The notes beneath the pieces were generated by a model that ran no database searches, was not told the origin of the DNA, and saw nothing but the letters and a program-made list of their open reading frames with translations. From Trichosphaerium sp. ATCC 40318 (taxonomy: Eukaryota > Protista > Tubulinea), in contig JALMLS010000228.1 of assembly GCA_038496445.1 (NCBI GenBank), positions 62,001 through 126,000 of the forward strand: a stretch of 64,000 nt of DNA, given 5' to 3'. The translations under genes and the position numbers were made by a program. Below are positions 15,101 through 27,164 of this stretch, in pieces. Every line of letters begins with the position of its first letter. The stretch's first letter is position 1.

Positions 15101-17702
15101 ATGCACCAACAGACACTCCAACAGATGCTCCAACTGATGCACCAACAGATACTCCAACAGACGCACCAACAGACACACCAACTGATGCACCAACAGAAAC
15201 GCCAACAGTTGCTCCAACCGATGCACCCACAGATGCACCAACTGAGTCACCAACAGATGCGCCCACAAACGTACCAACAGAAGTACCTACAGAAACACCA
15301 ACTCAAGCACCAACGTTGTCTCCTACAGATATACCAACAGAGGCGCCAACAGACGTACCAACCGACTCTCCCACAGCCACCCCTACAGACGCTCCCTCGA
15401 CTGCACCAACGGAAGCACCAGCCGTGGTACCTACACAATCACCAACTGCCACTCCAACAGCAGCAGAACCAACTGTGCCTGCTGACCAAATTTTTGTATC
15501 CGTTGGTGATTTCATTTACAACGATCGTGATGGCACAGGGATACAAGGTATAACCAACATTTTCTTCTTTTTTTCCTCTAACAAAAATGTAAAGGTATCA
15601 ACTTCCCTCTCAGTGATGACAGGATTCCTTTGGCCCTTTTAAGCGCAGATGGGCTTCAATTACTAGCACAGACAATAACAGACCGCCGTGGCGTATATGC
15701 TTTCAACACAACTGACCATGGATTACTTCCAGAAACAGACTATATCATCTGTGTTGACTACCTTACAATGTTTGATGACGTAGTATTATCACCAGCTCTT
15801 GTCGGAACAAACCGAGCAATCGATTCTGATGGACAAGAAGCTGTATACACCGCATACAGCGATAGGGTAAGGGAAAAAACGGCCAACTACTTAAGTAACC
15901 GAATCGTCTAACTTAAACTGTTTCAGAGTCTGTCTTGCGCAAATATTACTTCACCACCAAATGGTAGACCAGATGTTACAGTTGATTTTGGTTTCATAAG
16001 AATTGCGAATACGCAAGCGCCCACTAATGCACCTACAGTGGTACCAACGTTACCTACAGCTCCACCTTTTGTAGTTCCGACAGAGGTTCCAACAGCTGTA
16101 GACATTCCAACAGAAGCACCAACTGAAGTGCCAACTGAGATGCCAACTGAGGTGCCAACTGAGGCGCCAATGGTCCCAACAATGGCGCCAGCGGATACTC
16201 CAACAGGTGTACCGACAGTTGCGCCAACCGATGCTCCTATTGCTACCCCTACCGCAGTACCTACGGAGGCGCCCACAGACGGCCCTACAATGGTTCCTGT
16301 AGATTCTCCTACAGCAGTACCAACAGACCAACCAACTGTTGCACCAAGCGATGTTCCTACAGACGCTCCTGTGGATCCAACAACAGCACCTACAAATACA
16401 CCTACAAGCGCACCTACAGAAGCTCCAACAGTGACTCCAACAGAGGCACCTACAGCAGCTCCAACAACAAATGCTCCTACGAATCCACCAACTGTAGCTC
16501 CTACATTACCACCTACAGAACCTCCTACCAATGCTCCAACATTACCACCCACTAATGCTCCTACACCACCGCCAACAGATCCACCTACGTTACCACCATT
16601 TATATCAAGCTCAGCACGTTTGGGAGGAACAATATTTTTAGATGCAGACAATGATGGCGACCAAGGTAATGTTAATTGTATTTTTTCTTCTTTATTTTTC
16701 TGATTTTTTTCGTATAAATAGGAGGCGATAGTCCTATTACAACACCTCTTACAGTTGTTCTGTTGAATGAAAATGGTACACAGCTCTTAGGTACACAAAC
16801 AACAGATATGAATGGAGAGTACTTGTTCCTCCAGCCACCAGTAATGCCTTTCACGAATTATATCATTTGTGTTGATTTTATGCCTTCTTTGCCTGGATAC
16901 CAAATAAGTCCTGCTTTCTCTGGTAACAATGCCACTGACTCAAACGGAGAACCAGCCATTTATATTGTTTATAGCAACACGGTACATCTCACTACCTATT
17001 TTTTTAAAACTCACTCGGTCTAGACTCTATCTTGTGGTTCCGCTTCTTCACAAGCTCAAGGTGATGCTGATTTATCAATCGATTTTGGATTCTTCCTTCC
17101 TCCAGAACCTACAGCTCCAGTAGTATGCTCATTCAAAGAGACACTTCCAATGCGATGTGTAACAAGGTAATCTCTAAAACACTTTTTTTCACATCAAATC
17201 ACATGGTTCAACCATTTTCTTGGATTCTTCTTTCTTCTTCTTTATAGCATGTTGACTGTACTATAGTGAATCAAAGGGTTGCACTCGTGATATGGCGTTT
17301 GAAAACGCTTTTGAGAGCGTCACAAGTGAATGTAACAGGTACTCAAGACTATAGCAAACTATAGATTAAGTCGTTCTGTGTAGGTTATGTGTGGACATGG
17401 AATTTTGTCCTTACACTTTTGGAAATAGTACAGACGTTTTGCTACCGATGTGTGACCAATCCTATCGTAAAGGATGGAGCTATGCATGTACGCTTTGTAT
17501 TTAGTTAGGCTTTTTTCTCATAAGCAGTAATGCGCTTGTTTACTCTGTGAAGCTTGGCTCCTTTACTTTATTTTTCAATAAATAACTGTCAGCTGTTTGA
17601 AGTTCTTACTTGGTTTTAGGTGGATCCGGGTCTGCTTACACCCAGTGGCACATAAGACTACAGTGCGCATGTCACTGCCAGCAATGTTCTTGCTCTGTAT
17701 GA
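12165..17702 (+). CDS. Secreted mosaic zinc metalloprotease: Reeler domain + reprolysin-like (M12B) domain + Pro/Thr mucin stalks + two SdrD-B-like domains + Cys-rich tail
   Basis: Signal peptide MASSYIVLLVFLGSAITTYA. Reeler-like YIPGITYNI..GFMM..TIRHAN..FQWTAPSSGVG. Cys-switch-like FCGNDH. Zinc motif HEIGHNAGSAH (~14421) and Met-turn IMS. VGDFIYNDRDGTGIQ and LGGTIFLDADNDGDQG..TTDMNGEYLF..DSNG..DFGF (SdrD-B pattern). Ends QCACHCQQCSCSV*. Confidence 0.85.
14855..15480 (+). repeat. Coding 12-bp tandem repeat (PTDA/PTET tetrapeptides), mucin-like stalk
   Basis: ccaacagatgct/ccaactgatgca units repeated dozens of times; antisense shadow ORF reads VGAS repeats. Confidence 0.95.
16010..16600 (+). 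repeat. Second Pro/Thr-rich coding repeat (PTxA, PPT) stalk
   Basis: ORF 16038-16703 VPTEAPT/PPTNAPT repeats. Confidence 0.9.
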
Positions 17703-18189
17703 AGAGATGAAAAAAAAATCAATAAAGTAAATTAGATAAGCAAAATGTCTGATTATTGGAGCTTTAATATTATTAACACAAGCAGCGTTAGTTTTCTTCG
17801 GTACGTGTCACTATGTATGATTTAAGAGGCACTCTTAAGCCTCGGCGATTTTTTTTGTTGCAATAAATGCCAACTCTTTTTTTTTTTTTCACGGGATTTG
17901 TGCATAGCGGACACACAAATTTTCAATTGAAATTTTTAATATCGGAATGTTACTCTAGAGCCATTTTACTACCCAATCAAGTTGTTTAGAGTGAAAATGA
18001 GCTTGATTGATTAGCTGATTAGGATCTATGCTACCATGGTTTAAAATCAGAAAATAAGAGGATACGCATTGTCTAACTAATAAAATTAGAGACGTAGTCT
18101 AACCAATACAATCAGGGGACATGCATATTCTAATTAGTAAATTAGGATGTGGCCCCTTAGTATTATACCGTAACCCTTTTTTCCTCAGC

Positions 18190-20080
18190 ATCACGTGAGA
18201 AAAAGACACTGTCTCTAGTGGCAAAACGCGCTCTCGCATGTCTAGAGTAGGCTAGCCAACTGATAACTCAATTGTTGTGAGCACTCGGAAAAAAACCGCT
18301 CGTACAAAATATAGCTTCAACTGTACGTTATTTATAGTGCTGAATCACAAGGATAGTACCGAATAAACCGTTTCAAACAACAACTATGCCCAAAAGTGGT
18401 TGTGGTTATCACTGGTTTAAACATGTAAGCCATATACCGCGTAAAGACTAAAAGTTATGGTTGCTAAATAAATAATGAATGCTATAAAATAGGCTGGGCA
18501 TAGTCTCACGCGGGTTTACAAGCGCTGGTGTAAATTGTAAACGTAGGTGACCTTGCTGTCTTGCCGATTGTATTCTATACCGCTGCGGATACGACTGTGC
18601 CTTTAATGCTCGTCATAAGTAGGGACATGTTTTCACTAATGAATACGGTAGTTTAGACCAACAGTTAATCCATGGGCAACGATAAGCGTTGCTTTCTGGT
18701 GTAGGAAAAATATAAATCCGCAATAGTGAAGTGCAGTGTTTGAGAAAAAGGATTTGTATTTAACTAAAATTGTAGTTGCAAATAGACTTGTATTTGAGAG
18801 CAGACGCATACATACATGTAGGTGAGCGACGAAGGATCAATTACTGCAATAGTTATTATTTGTAAAAAGATCAGGATAATGGAACCCATCGTCACTAGTC
18901 TCTAGAAGCACAACGAAGTGTAATACAGCAACACACAAACTCGAAGTTTTTTTTATTTTATTTTGTAGAAAAGTACTAGAGTTTTAGTGCACTCGAAATA
19001 AACAAATTGCTAGCCCTTTGCCTGTTTCTATTATTTATTGAAATAATCGTTTTGGTTTCTCCTCTACTTGCGGTCCTGGTGTCTTTGGCCTCTAAAACAA
19101 TTGTTGACCGTAGAACTTTGTTCTTAGTTTTGTTTGTGATAAGATTGTAACGTGGATAAAGCAACGCCTAATAGCGTCATTTATGACCCTATTGTAATTT
19201 TCCCAAAACTAAGAAACCAAAACGGGAACGAAGCAAGGCCATTTCGAATCACTGTTGCCTAAAAACAAACTCTCAAAGTCACCATGCACATTCCCAAACA
19301 AAAAACAACGCCACGTGTTATTTTATGTTTTTCGTACTGCCAAGTTTTATTTTTTTTAAATCAAATCATATAAAGATGATTACACGTGCGTTCGCACGAA
19401 TATAAAGTCCCAGAAATAAAAAAAACCCTTTATCTAATGGTGTACACTTGTAAGTTTAACATAGTTTTCTAGCACGGTGGGTACTGCCAACCCAACCGAT
19501 TGCAAGTGGTTTCCAGAACTGGGATAATCTCAGCCTTAAATTCACCTCCCCATGCTGCCCACGTTATGTATGTTATGAAGTTTGATTGTACAACGGCTAA
19601 ACAAAAAAACGGTTAGCGAAAAAAAAAAACCGGTACGTGTTTAGTGTAGTTTTGAGCGCAAACGTACAAGTTCCATTGTCCTCTTCAAAATTAACAACTG
19701 CTGGGTTACCGACGTCGTAACCGCAGCAATTCTTGTCGTAAACAATGGTAGCCCTTCTGTTGTCAGTGCCGGTCCAAAAGTCTAGTTCATCTCTTATGCT
19801 ATCATGTACCAAAGTACTGCCATCTAAGTATGAAATAACCCACTTCAGCGTGGATAAATCAAATGTAGCCTTTTTCTCTGGTCCTCCAATAGTAGTTTTA
19901 GATCCAAGACCAGTGCCTTCAGCCCACTCTTTGAAATCTATCGAGAAAGATTCATGTGGTGGGTTCATTAAATCTTCCTGGTCTACGTGTCTAAAGTACA
20001 GGTAAACTGCCATTATCGGTAGAAGCACGAGCTTTTGTGTTCGTAGAAGTAGTGGCTTAAATGAGATATTATTATTAAAT
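18190..20080. repeat. Tandem segmental duplication, copy A (~1.9 kb; orphan gene plus ~1.3 kb of downstream flank)
   Basis: Colinear similarity to 21060-23010 from tcacgtga.. through aaaacgggaacgaa, gaatataaag and the CDS to aatgagat. Confidence 0.9.
19469..20013 (-). CDS. Orphan ~157-aa protein, paralog A (2 coding exons)
   Basis: MAVYLYFRHVDQEDLMNPPHESF...NFEEDNGT|SVVQSNFITYITWAAWGGEFKAEIIPVLETTCNRLGWQYPPC*. Phase-1 intron gtacgt..ctaac..tttag. Many differences from copy B are synonymous or conservative. Confidence 0.85.
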
Positions 20081-21059
20081 CACATGACTAAAAGCTAAAA
20101 ACAAAACGTCACAGTTTTTCTCCAAATACCAGAAAAAAGGTGTATGTGAGCAGTATTCAGGTTGGTTAAATATCTAATAAATCCGTTATTTATTCAATAA
20201 TAAAAACAGTTGAAATGAAGATAAAACCAACGTGTTCTTCACTTTTGAGTAGTCTTTTCTTTTTGGCTCACAGACTTTATTCTACAGTGATATTAGAGAG
20301 TATTGTGAACGTGTGGACGCTGTTCTACCGATGTTACGCACTGAGAGACATGAATATCATCGTAATAGATGTGAATGAATTTGTAAATTTATTAGTGATT
20401 CAGGTTGTGAGTTAATCCCTATTTGATATGACGAAATATGCAGCGAATGGTTTTATTTAAGCGTCATCAATAATTTTCCGGTTTATTTTTAAAAAGTAAC
20501 CGTGTACAGGAATGGCAAAAACCGTTTTATTTTTTTCGACGTAAAAAAGCCTGTGCCTTGCTTTGATTTGCGTTAACGTACAAGAAGATCTTTGTATTGG
20601 TATACTATGAAATCCAATGATACCTTCGCCCGGTATTTCCTTGCTCTCTTTCTTTGGCCTTTGTTCTTCAAAACACATAATTCAATCTATATGAACAACT
20701 ACGCAACTATACACTAATGCTGTAGTGTAGAACGAACGTGTAATACTAGTTACCCGACATCTGTGGCCAAGTGATGGTCAACAGACAGGTGCACCTTGCA
20801 TCGTAAAGAGGCACCATCAACACTCTAACAGATACGAAGATCAATACCAGCTACAGCACCGGCAACAAGTGTGTTTGAGAAGTCACTAGTGAATGTAAGG
20901 CTCTAAGTAAACTGGAGAAATCGTTCTATGTAGGGTGTAAGTGGATAAGGAGGTAAATCACACACTGTTTGGAGTGCTTATACACTTACAGTGGTTTGGG
21001 TATGGTTGCACCTACATAGATACGATGCGGCTCTATAATTGTTTGAAGCTTTTTCACCG

Positions 21060-23010
21060 TCACGTGATAAAACCTGTCTCAATTGTCAAAAACGCACCCG
21101 CGTATGCCTAGGCTAGGGTCAGACAACTGATACCTTAATTTGTTGTGGGCATGCGGAAAAAAACGGTCTCCAAAAAATACCACTTAAAATCTAATATTTT
21201 AAACAACAGAGAGCGGTGGTAATATGTACGTTATTTATAGTCCTGAATCACAAGGTAGTACCGAACAAACCGTTTCAAACAACAACTATGCCCAAAAGTG
21301 GTTGTGGGTAATACCTATTTTTAATGCTCGGCCTGCGTATAGCCGGCGTAGTAGACTACAAAAGTGGTTGGAGTTTTTTTTTTCGAACAAATATTGATGG
21401 CGGTGCTGTAAATGGGTTGGATAGTATCAAGCAAGCGTTTCCTAGAGCGGCGGCGGACGTACAAACGTAGTGAAGTCTATGTAGCTCGTTGTTGTCTGTG
21501 GCATTGTCAGTCTCCTAACAATAGCGGCTACCACTATGGCTGTAGTGTTGGTTATAAGCAGCAAACAGACCGTTAGAACTGAAAGCAAAATACCCTGTCA
21601 GCAGTAATTGTTCGAAAAAAAAATCCAACCACTTTTGTAGTAATAACGTTTGTTGTTAAATTGCTTCGTTCGTTGGAGTCCGAAACTGTCTGTTGTGCAG
21701 TAATTGATGGAAAAAAGAGTTGTCATTTAACTACTACAAAGACTTGTAATGCGATGGACCACCTACTGCAACAGTAATTATTATAAAAAGATCAGCTTAG
21801 CGGACCATCGCTACGAACCATGAAGTCTCGCTGCACAGCAAATTTGAACGTTAACATTCGAAAAGAGCACTAGAGTTTTGGTTCACTCGCTAGAACCAAG
21901 CAAACAACTGAACGAACTGCTAGCCTGTCCCTGTATCTATATCTATTTAATGAAATGAATGGTTTTTTTTTTACCATAAGCAGTTTCTCAACTGCCACAA
22001 CAACGATGCCCTTAGAACCTGTTTTTAGCGTTAACGGTTTACAATTTTCGTTGGGGTAAGATCGTAACATAGTGCCAACGCCCCAATAGCGTCATGTATT
22101 TATCCAAAAAATATCCAGAAAATCAAACAAAACGGGAACGAAACGAGGTTGAGCATTTATGAATCACTTTTGTCTAAAAGCAAAAAACAAAATCCTCCGC
22201 TAGAAACATGTTCTCAACAAAACACTATCACGTGATATTTTATGTTTTTCATTCTTCTTTTTTTTAATAATAATTACACGCGCGTTCGGGCGAATATAAA
22301 GGCGATCGAAACGAAAAAAGCCTTAATATTTCATAGTGTACATCAAGCTTCTAAGTTATAACATATTTTTGTTCTAATTTTCTAGCACGGTGGGTACTGC
22401 CAACCCAAGTTATTGCAAGTAATTGGCGGAACTGCGATAATCTCAGCCTTAAATTCACCTCCCCATGCTGCCCAAGTTGTGTATGTTATGAAGTTTGTTT
22501 GAACAACGGCTAAACAAAAAAATGGTTAGCAAAAAAAAATGTGAAAAAAATTTATTGTTTGTTTAGTGTAGTTCTGAGGAAACGTACAAGTTCCATCGTC
22601 CTCTTCAAAATTAACAACTGCTGGGTTACCGACGCTATAACCGCAGCAATTCTTGTCGTAAACAATGGTAGCCCTTCTGTTGTCAGTGCCGGTCCAAAAA
22701 TCTAGTTCATCTCTTATGCTATCATGTACCAAAGTAGTACCATCAGTATCTAAGTATGAAATAACCCACTTCAGCGTGGATAAATCAAATGTAGCTTTCT
22801 TCTCTGGTCCTCCAATAGTACTTGAAGACCCGAGACCGGTGCCAGTAGCCCACTCTTTGAAATCTATCGAGAAAGACTCATGTGGTGGGTTCATTAAATC
22901 TTCCTGGTCTACGTGTTTAAAGAACAGGTAAATGGCCATAATCGGTAGACGCGTGAGCTGTTGTGTAGTTCGTAATTATCGGACTTAATGAGATTTTTGC
23001 TAAATCACAA
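21060..23010. repeat. Tandem segmental duplication, copy B
   Basis: Colinear with 18190-20080. Confidence 0.9.
22382..22939 (-). CDS. Orphan ~159-aa protein, paralog B (2 coding exons)
   Basis: MAIYLFFKHVDQEDLMNPPHESF...DDGT|SVVQTNFITYTTWAAWGGEFKAEIIAVPPITCNNLGWQYPPC*. Same intron position; 6-nt in-frame indel relative to copy A. Confidence 0.85.
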
Positions 23011-24295
23011 AGTAGATTGTAAGTGTGTAAAGACAGAAAATAGCCAACAAGAAACATACCACGCGATGTAACACGTGCGTTGAGCTAAAAACTTTTTTTT
23101 GTAAACCCAAAACCGTCCAAAAGCGAGTCAGTTTTCTACAATTGTCTATGGCCACCTAGAGACTACTGGGGGGGCCTAAAATAGAAACGCCTGCAGTTTT
23201 TTTTTACCTTCTTGTTTTGAACACCGTTTCACTCTCAAAAAACTTTGTAGAATTATTGCTTTCACGCTGCTATGGGTACAACGCGAAATACCCGACCATT
23301 TATGTATGATTCGCTTTACCCGTCAAATGAGGTATACGCGCTTTTATCAATACCAACATACTCGCAAGGGCTACAGCTAGTACCGGAGCTACTTCCAATC
23401 TCTCACATTGGCAAAGGCTCTCTTTGTTAATTAAACAAATCACCAAAACTCCTAGGAGTCGCACTTCTACTTCTAAAAGGACAACACGCACAGTTTGTAA
23501 GAGGCAGTTATCTCAGTCACAAGATTTGTAGAAACACCGCCGACCTTTACGTTCTTGCGGTTCGCTAAGAAAGAAAGGTGACGCTGACACTAGGATTGGT
23601 ACCACGGGATGATTGACTGAGTATCGTGGTGACGTTGTGTTGCAAACTTTATGATTTGGGGATCGGAAGGGATCAAAAATTGTGTTGTAACGCTTGTAGG
23701 TAAGACACCCAGCCACCAACAAGTACGAACGTTGTCTTTTAATTGCTGGCGTAATTGTGTTGTGTGTGGAAGCACTCTTCAGGAAGTTCGCTTACAACAA
23801 AGCCACTAGTATCGGTGTCATTCAAGGTATCGGACGAGTAACTCTCCACCTCGCGGGGAAATGCCAATAAACAAAATAAGGTTTTCCCAACCGAGCAGAA
23901 ACCAGAACATGCCTACTAGTTCCACACAATCCCTACATACCATCCTTAGGTGACTTGTACAAAACCCTCCACTGTGGTGCGATTTACTTTTCTCCGTTTA
24001 AAGTATTTTGAAAGGAGTGGCGTTCAGCGTAAGCCATTCTACGAGATAGAAAAGAAAACAATATAATATTATATTGTAGTGATGTCAAAAGAAAATACGA
24101 ATTCGTAGTTAAAGCAAGTAACACCTACCTGGCCATGGTCTAGCATACATACGCGGTCCAGTCTACCCACACGTTGAAAAAACTTTCCATGTGTAATTCG
24201 TTGTAGGTCGAATTAGTGTTTGGAAGGTGTCGTACTAAATAAAGAAAGCATTAATCAAGAATGTAATAAATACCTCGATTTCTTTAAGCATTTAT

Positions 24296-26875
24296 TTAGA
24301 CTGTGAGAGCGCCTGTATCAGCGCCAGAAACAAGCTTTCTGTACTTTCCAAGTACTCCAATTGCTGGTTTTACAACTGGTTTTACGTTATCTAAACGTAG
24401 TTTCATTTGTTCATCAGTAAGATTAACATCAATTATCTGTTTTTGTGGATCGATGGTAATAATGTCTGTAATAACGAATGTCAGTCAAAGCTCACCATGT
24501 TTTGCTTTTTTTTTAGAAGTACATACCCCCATTTTTCAGTGCGGCTATTGGTCCGCCATCAAAAGCTTCAGGACACACGTGACCAATCATTATACCTCTG
24601 AGAGATGTCAGTAAATCTTGGTTTTTTCTTTGTTTTTCTTTCAATACCGAGAAACACCCGAAAATCTTCCGTCTGTGAGTAGAGCTACGTCTTTACCAAG
24701 ACCTCTTCCGACTATAGCCGCTCCAGGACTTAACATCTCTGGCATACCTACGTAAACGATCAAAAACAGCGGCTTGATAATAATGAACAAACCTGGACTT
24801 CCTTTTGGACCTTCATATCTTACTACAACAACATCTCCTTTCTTTACTTTGTCATCCATGACAGCCTAAGTTGCTTAATTCTCTTAAACGAATTATACAA
24901 AGACTCATACTTGGTAAGCTTCGTCTTCACTATTGAAAACTACAGCAGGACCTTTAAATACGCCAATGTCTTTACCTCCTTTAAAACTTATTAGTGGAAA
25001 AAAAACCCAGTATTGCTTACCAACTTTCAACACTGCGCTTTTCGGAGCTAGATTGCCTTTCATGATTACAATATGGCCTAACGGAGGAGCTATAGGTTTT
25101 GATAGAGGAAATACAACATCTTGACTATCTGTTAATACAGGTACCTTAAAACAACTCTTAGACTTCTCACTTGAAAAATTACGAGAAAAAAGCATACGTT
25201 TTCTAAGTTTTCCGCTACAGTTTTTCCTGTGCATGTCAAACAATCTCCATGTATCAAACCAGCTTGTAAAAGAGTTTTCATTACGGCAGGTATGCCACCA
25301 ACTTTATTCAAATCAACCATTCTACGAGGAAGAGTAAGAAGAAAACAAAGTGATGACATTGGCATACCTGTACTTCCCGACAGGCGTTAAGTTACCAATA
25401 AGAGGAACCTTTGATGCAATATCATTAAAATCGTATACACTGAGATCTACACCAGCTTCATTTGCCAAAGCGAGCATGTGAAGAACTGCATTCGTTGATC
25501 CTAGTGCAAAGGTCAGTAAGATTTTTTTTTGAGAAGAAAACATGCAACGTACCACCTAAAGCATAAACAACAGTGAGCGCATTCTCAAATGCCTTTTTTG
25601 TCATTATATCACGTGTTCTAATCTTATTTTTAAGAAGGTTTATCAATGCTGTTACACTCTCTTTGCAAGCTTTTTTCTTTGATTCAAGAATGTTATTATT
25701 CTCGTCTACAGCTGGTATAGAAGCGGTGCCTTTAAAAACGCAAGTCAGTCATAGTGTAGAAAATAGAAGAACTACTGAAAACGGAGTACACGTGTCATTT
25801 GGCAAGAAAAAGCATACATGTAAAACGACGTGAAAAAAAATTTGTTTACCTGGTAGTGCCATTCCCAATGCCTCGATGGCTGTTGCCATTGTGTTAGCTG
25901 TAAACATACCACCACATGAACCTTTAGAAAATGTCTTAGCTTTGTATCTAAGACTCAAGATGTACCAGAACCGGGAAGAGCGCACTTTTCTATTTTGTGT
26001 AGCTCTTCAATATCAATCAATCCACCACCGTACTTTCCAATGGCCTCCATTACATCCTTTATACTGTTAACAGTTAACAAAGAGATGTAAAGGATACCAT
26101 GATATCCATTTCAACTTCACCACATTTTCCTGGGAGAATAGATCCGCCATACAAAGTAATACCTACATGAAGGATTACATATTTTCCAACAAGGCACTTT
26201 GAGAAAAAGAGCGGAGGATTGAGTTGTCGCGTGCCTATTAAATTGTGACGAGCTAATGGCATGAGAGCTCCAGGAAGAGTTTTATCACAACCACCTAATG
26301 TGATAATACCATCGGCCATGTAACCCTATAACTATGAGTTAAAAAAAAAAGAGAACAGATTTTACAAAAAAACACGAAACTTTGTTTTAACATCTACCTT
26401 GTGCATAATTTCTATCGAATCAGCTATCCAATCCCTAGAAACAAGCGAGTATCTCATACCAGATGTACTAGTACGATAAATAAGCGTTTTAGGACCCACA
26501 ACTTACAAAACAAAAAATCGTGACGAAAAGTTTTTTTCCTATCTCGCTCTCTTTCTCTTCGTTACAAGCCCTCAGCGCGTACCCGTTCGTTACACCGTCT
26601 GAAATAACAGGAGTACCTGCTACAAATCCTTTACCACCCAATTCATCGATGTACTGTATGATAATATCGCTAAGATCACGGAATTTGTTGTTACAAGGCA
26701 ATATGTTACTGTATGGTTGGCCAACCGTTATTACAGGTTTAGACCAATCTCCTTTATCATCTTTCCACCCTGCTGCGCGTAAATGAGACCTTGCGCCTGC
26801 TTTCTTCACCCACAGGCCTTGGTCCTTGTCATTGCCTGTCAACTCGTAGCTTTCGTTCTTATAAGCCCTTTCCAT
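24296..26875 (-). CDS. ilvD: Dihydroxy-acid dehydratase (IlvD/Ilv3)
   Basis: Motifs [99 protein letters not shown]. Confidence 0.96.
26057..26097 (-). other. Candidate U12-type (minor spliceosome) GT-AG intron, 41 nt, in ilvD
   Basis: 5'SS GTATCCTTT; branch-like TGTTAAC; frame is only kept with the AAG acceptor (DIM|DVMEAIG). Confidence 0.65.
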
Positions 26876-27164
26876 AAAGAGAGAACGCTAGTAAGTGGAG
26901 ACTATCAGCGAACAACGAGTAATACTATTATAACGTTTTTTTGAAACAAAGCAATTAACATACCTGGTGAACACAGTGAAGCTCTACTTAGTACTGTATC
27001 TGTAACGTCAGAGTTCCTTTTCGCACGAAGTCGGCTTAGGAGGTCGCGTTTAAGTTTTGACTCGTTGAATTGTAAGCTTTTGTCAAAACAGTGTCATTCT
27101 TGTTGTAGAAGCTTACAGAGGCTCTGTTGAGACTATCTCTGCTGTGAGTTTATAAATTGTAGTG

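Noticed and set aside
14907-16651. Long minus-strand ORFs with VGAS repeats and Gln-rich alternate frames
   Set aside because: Shadows of the Pro/Thr mucin repeats on the + strand.
18323-18337. Apparent 15-nt GT..AG mini-intron (gtacgttatttatag) in the conserved block
   Set aside because: Far below the ~40-nt minimum of the other introns here and not within a coding frame; likely coincidence.
19745-22931. Duplicated + strand ORFs MVALLLSVPVQKSSSS..
   Set aside because: Antisense shadows; intron signals and the substitution pattern support the minus-strand genes.
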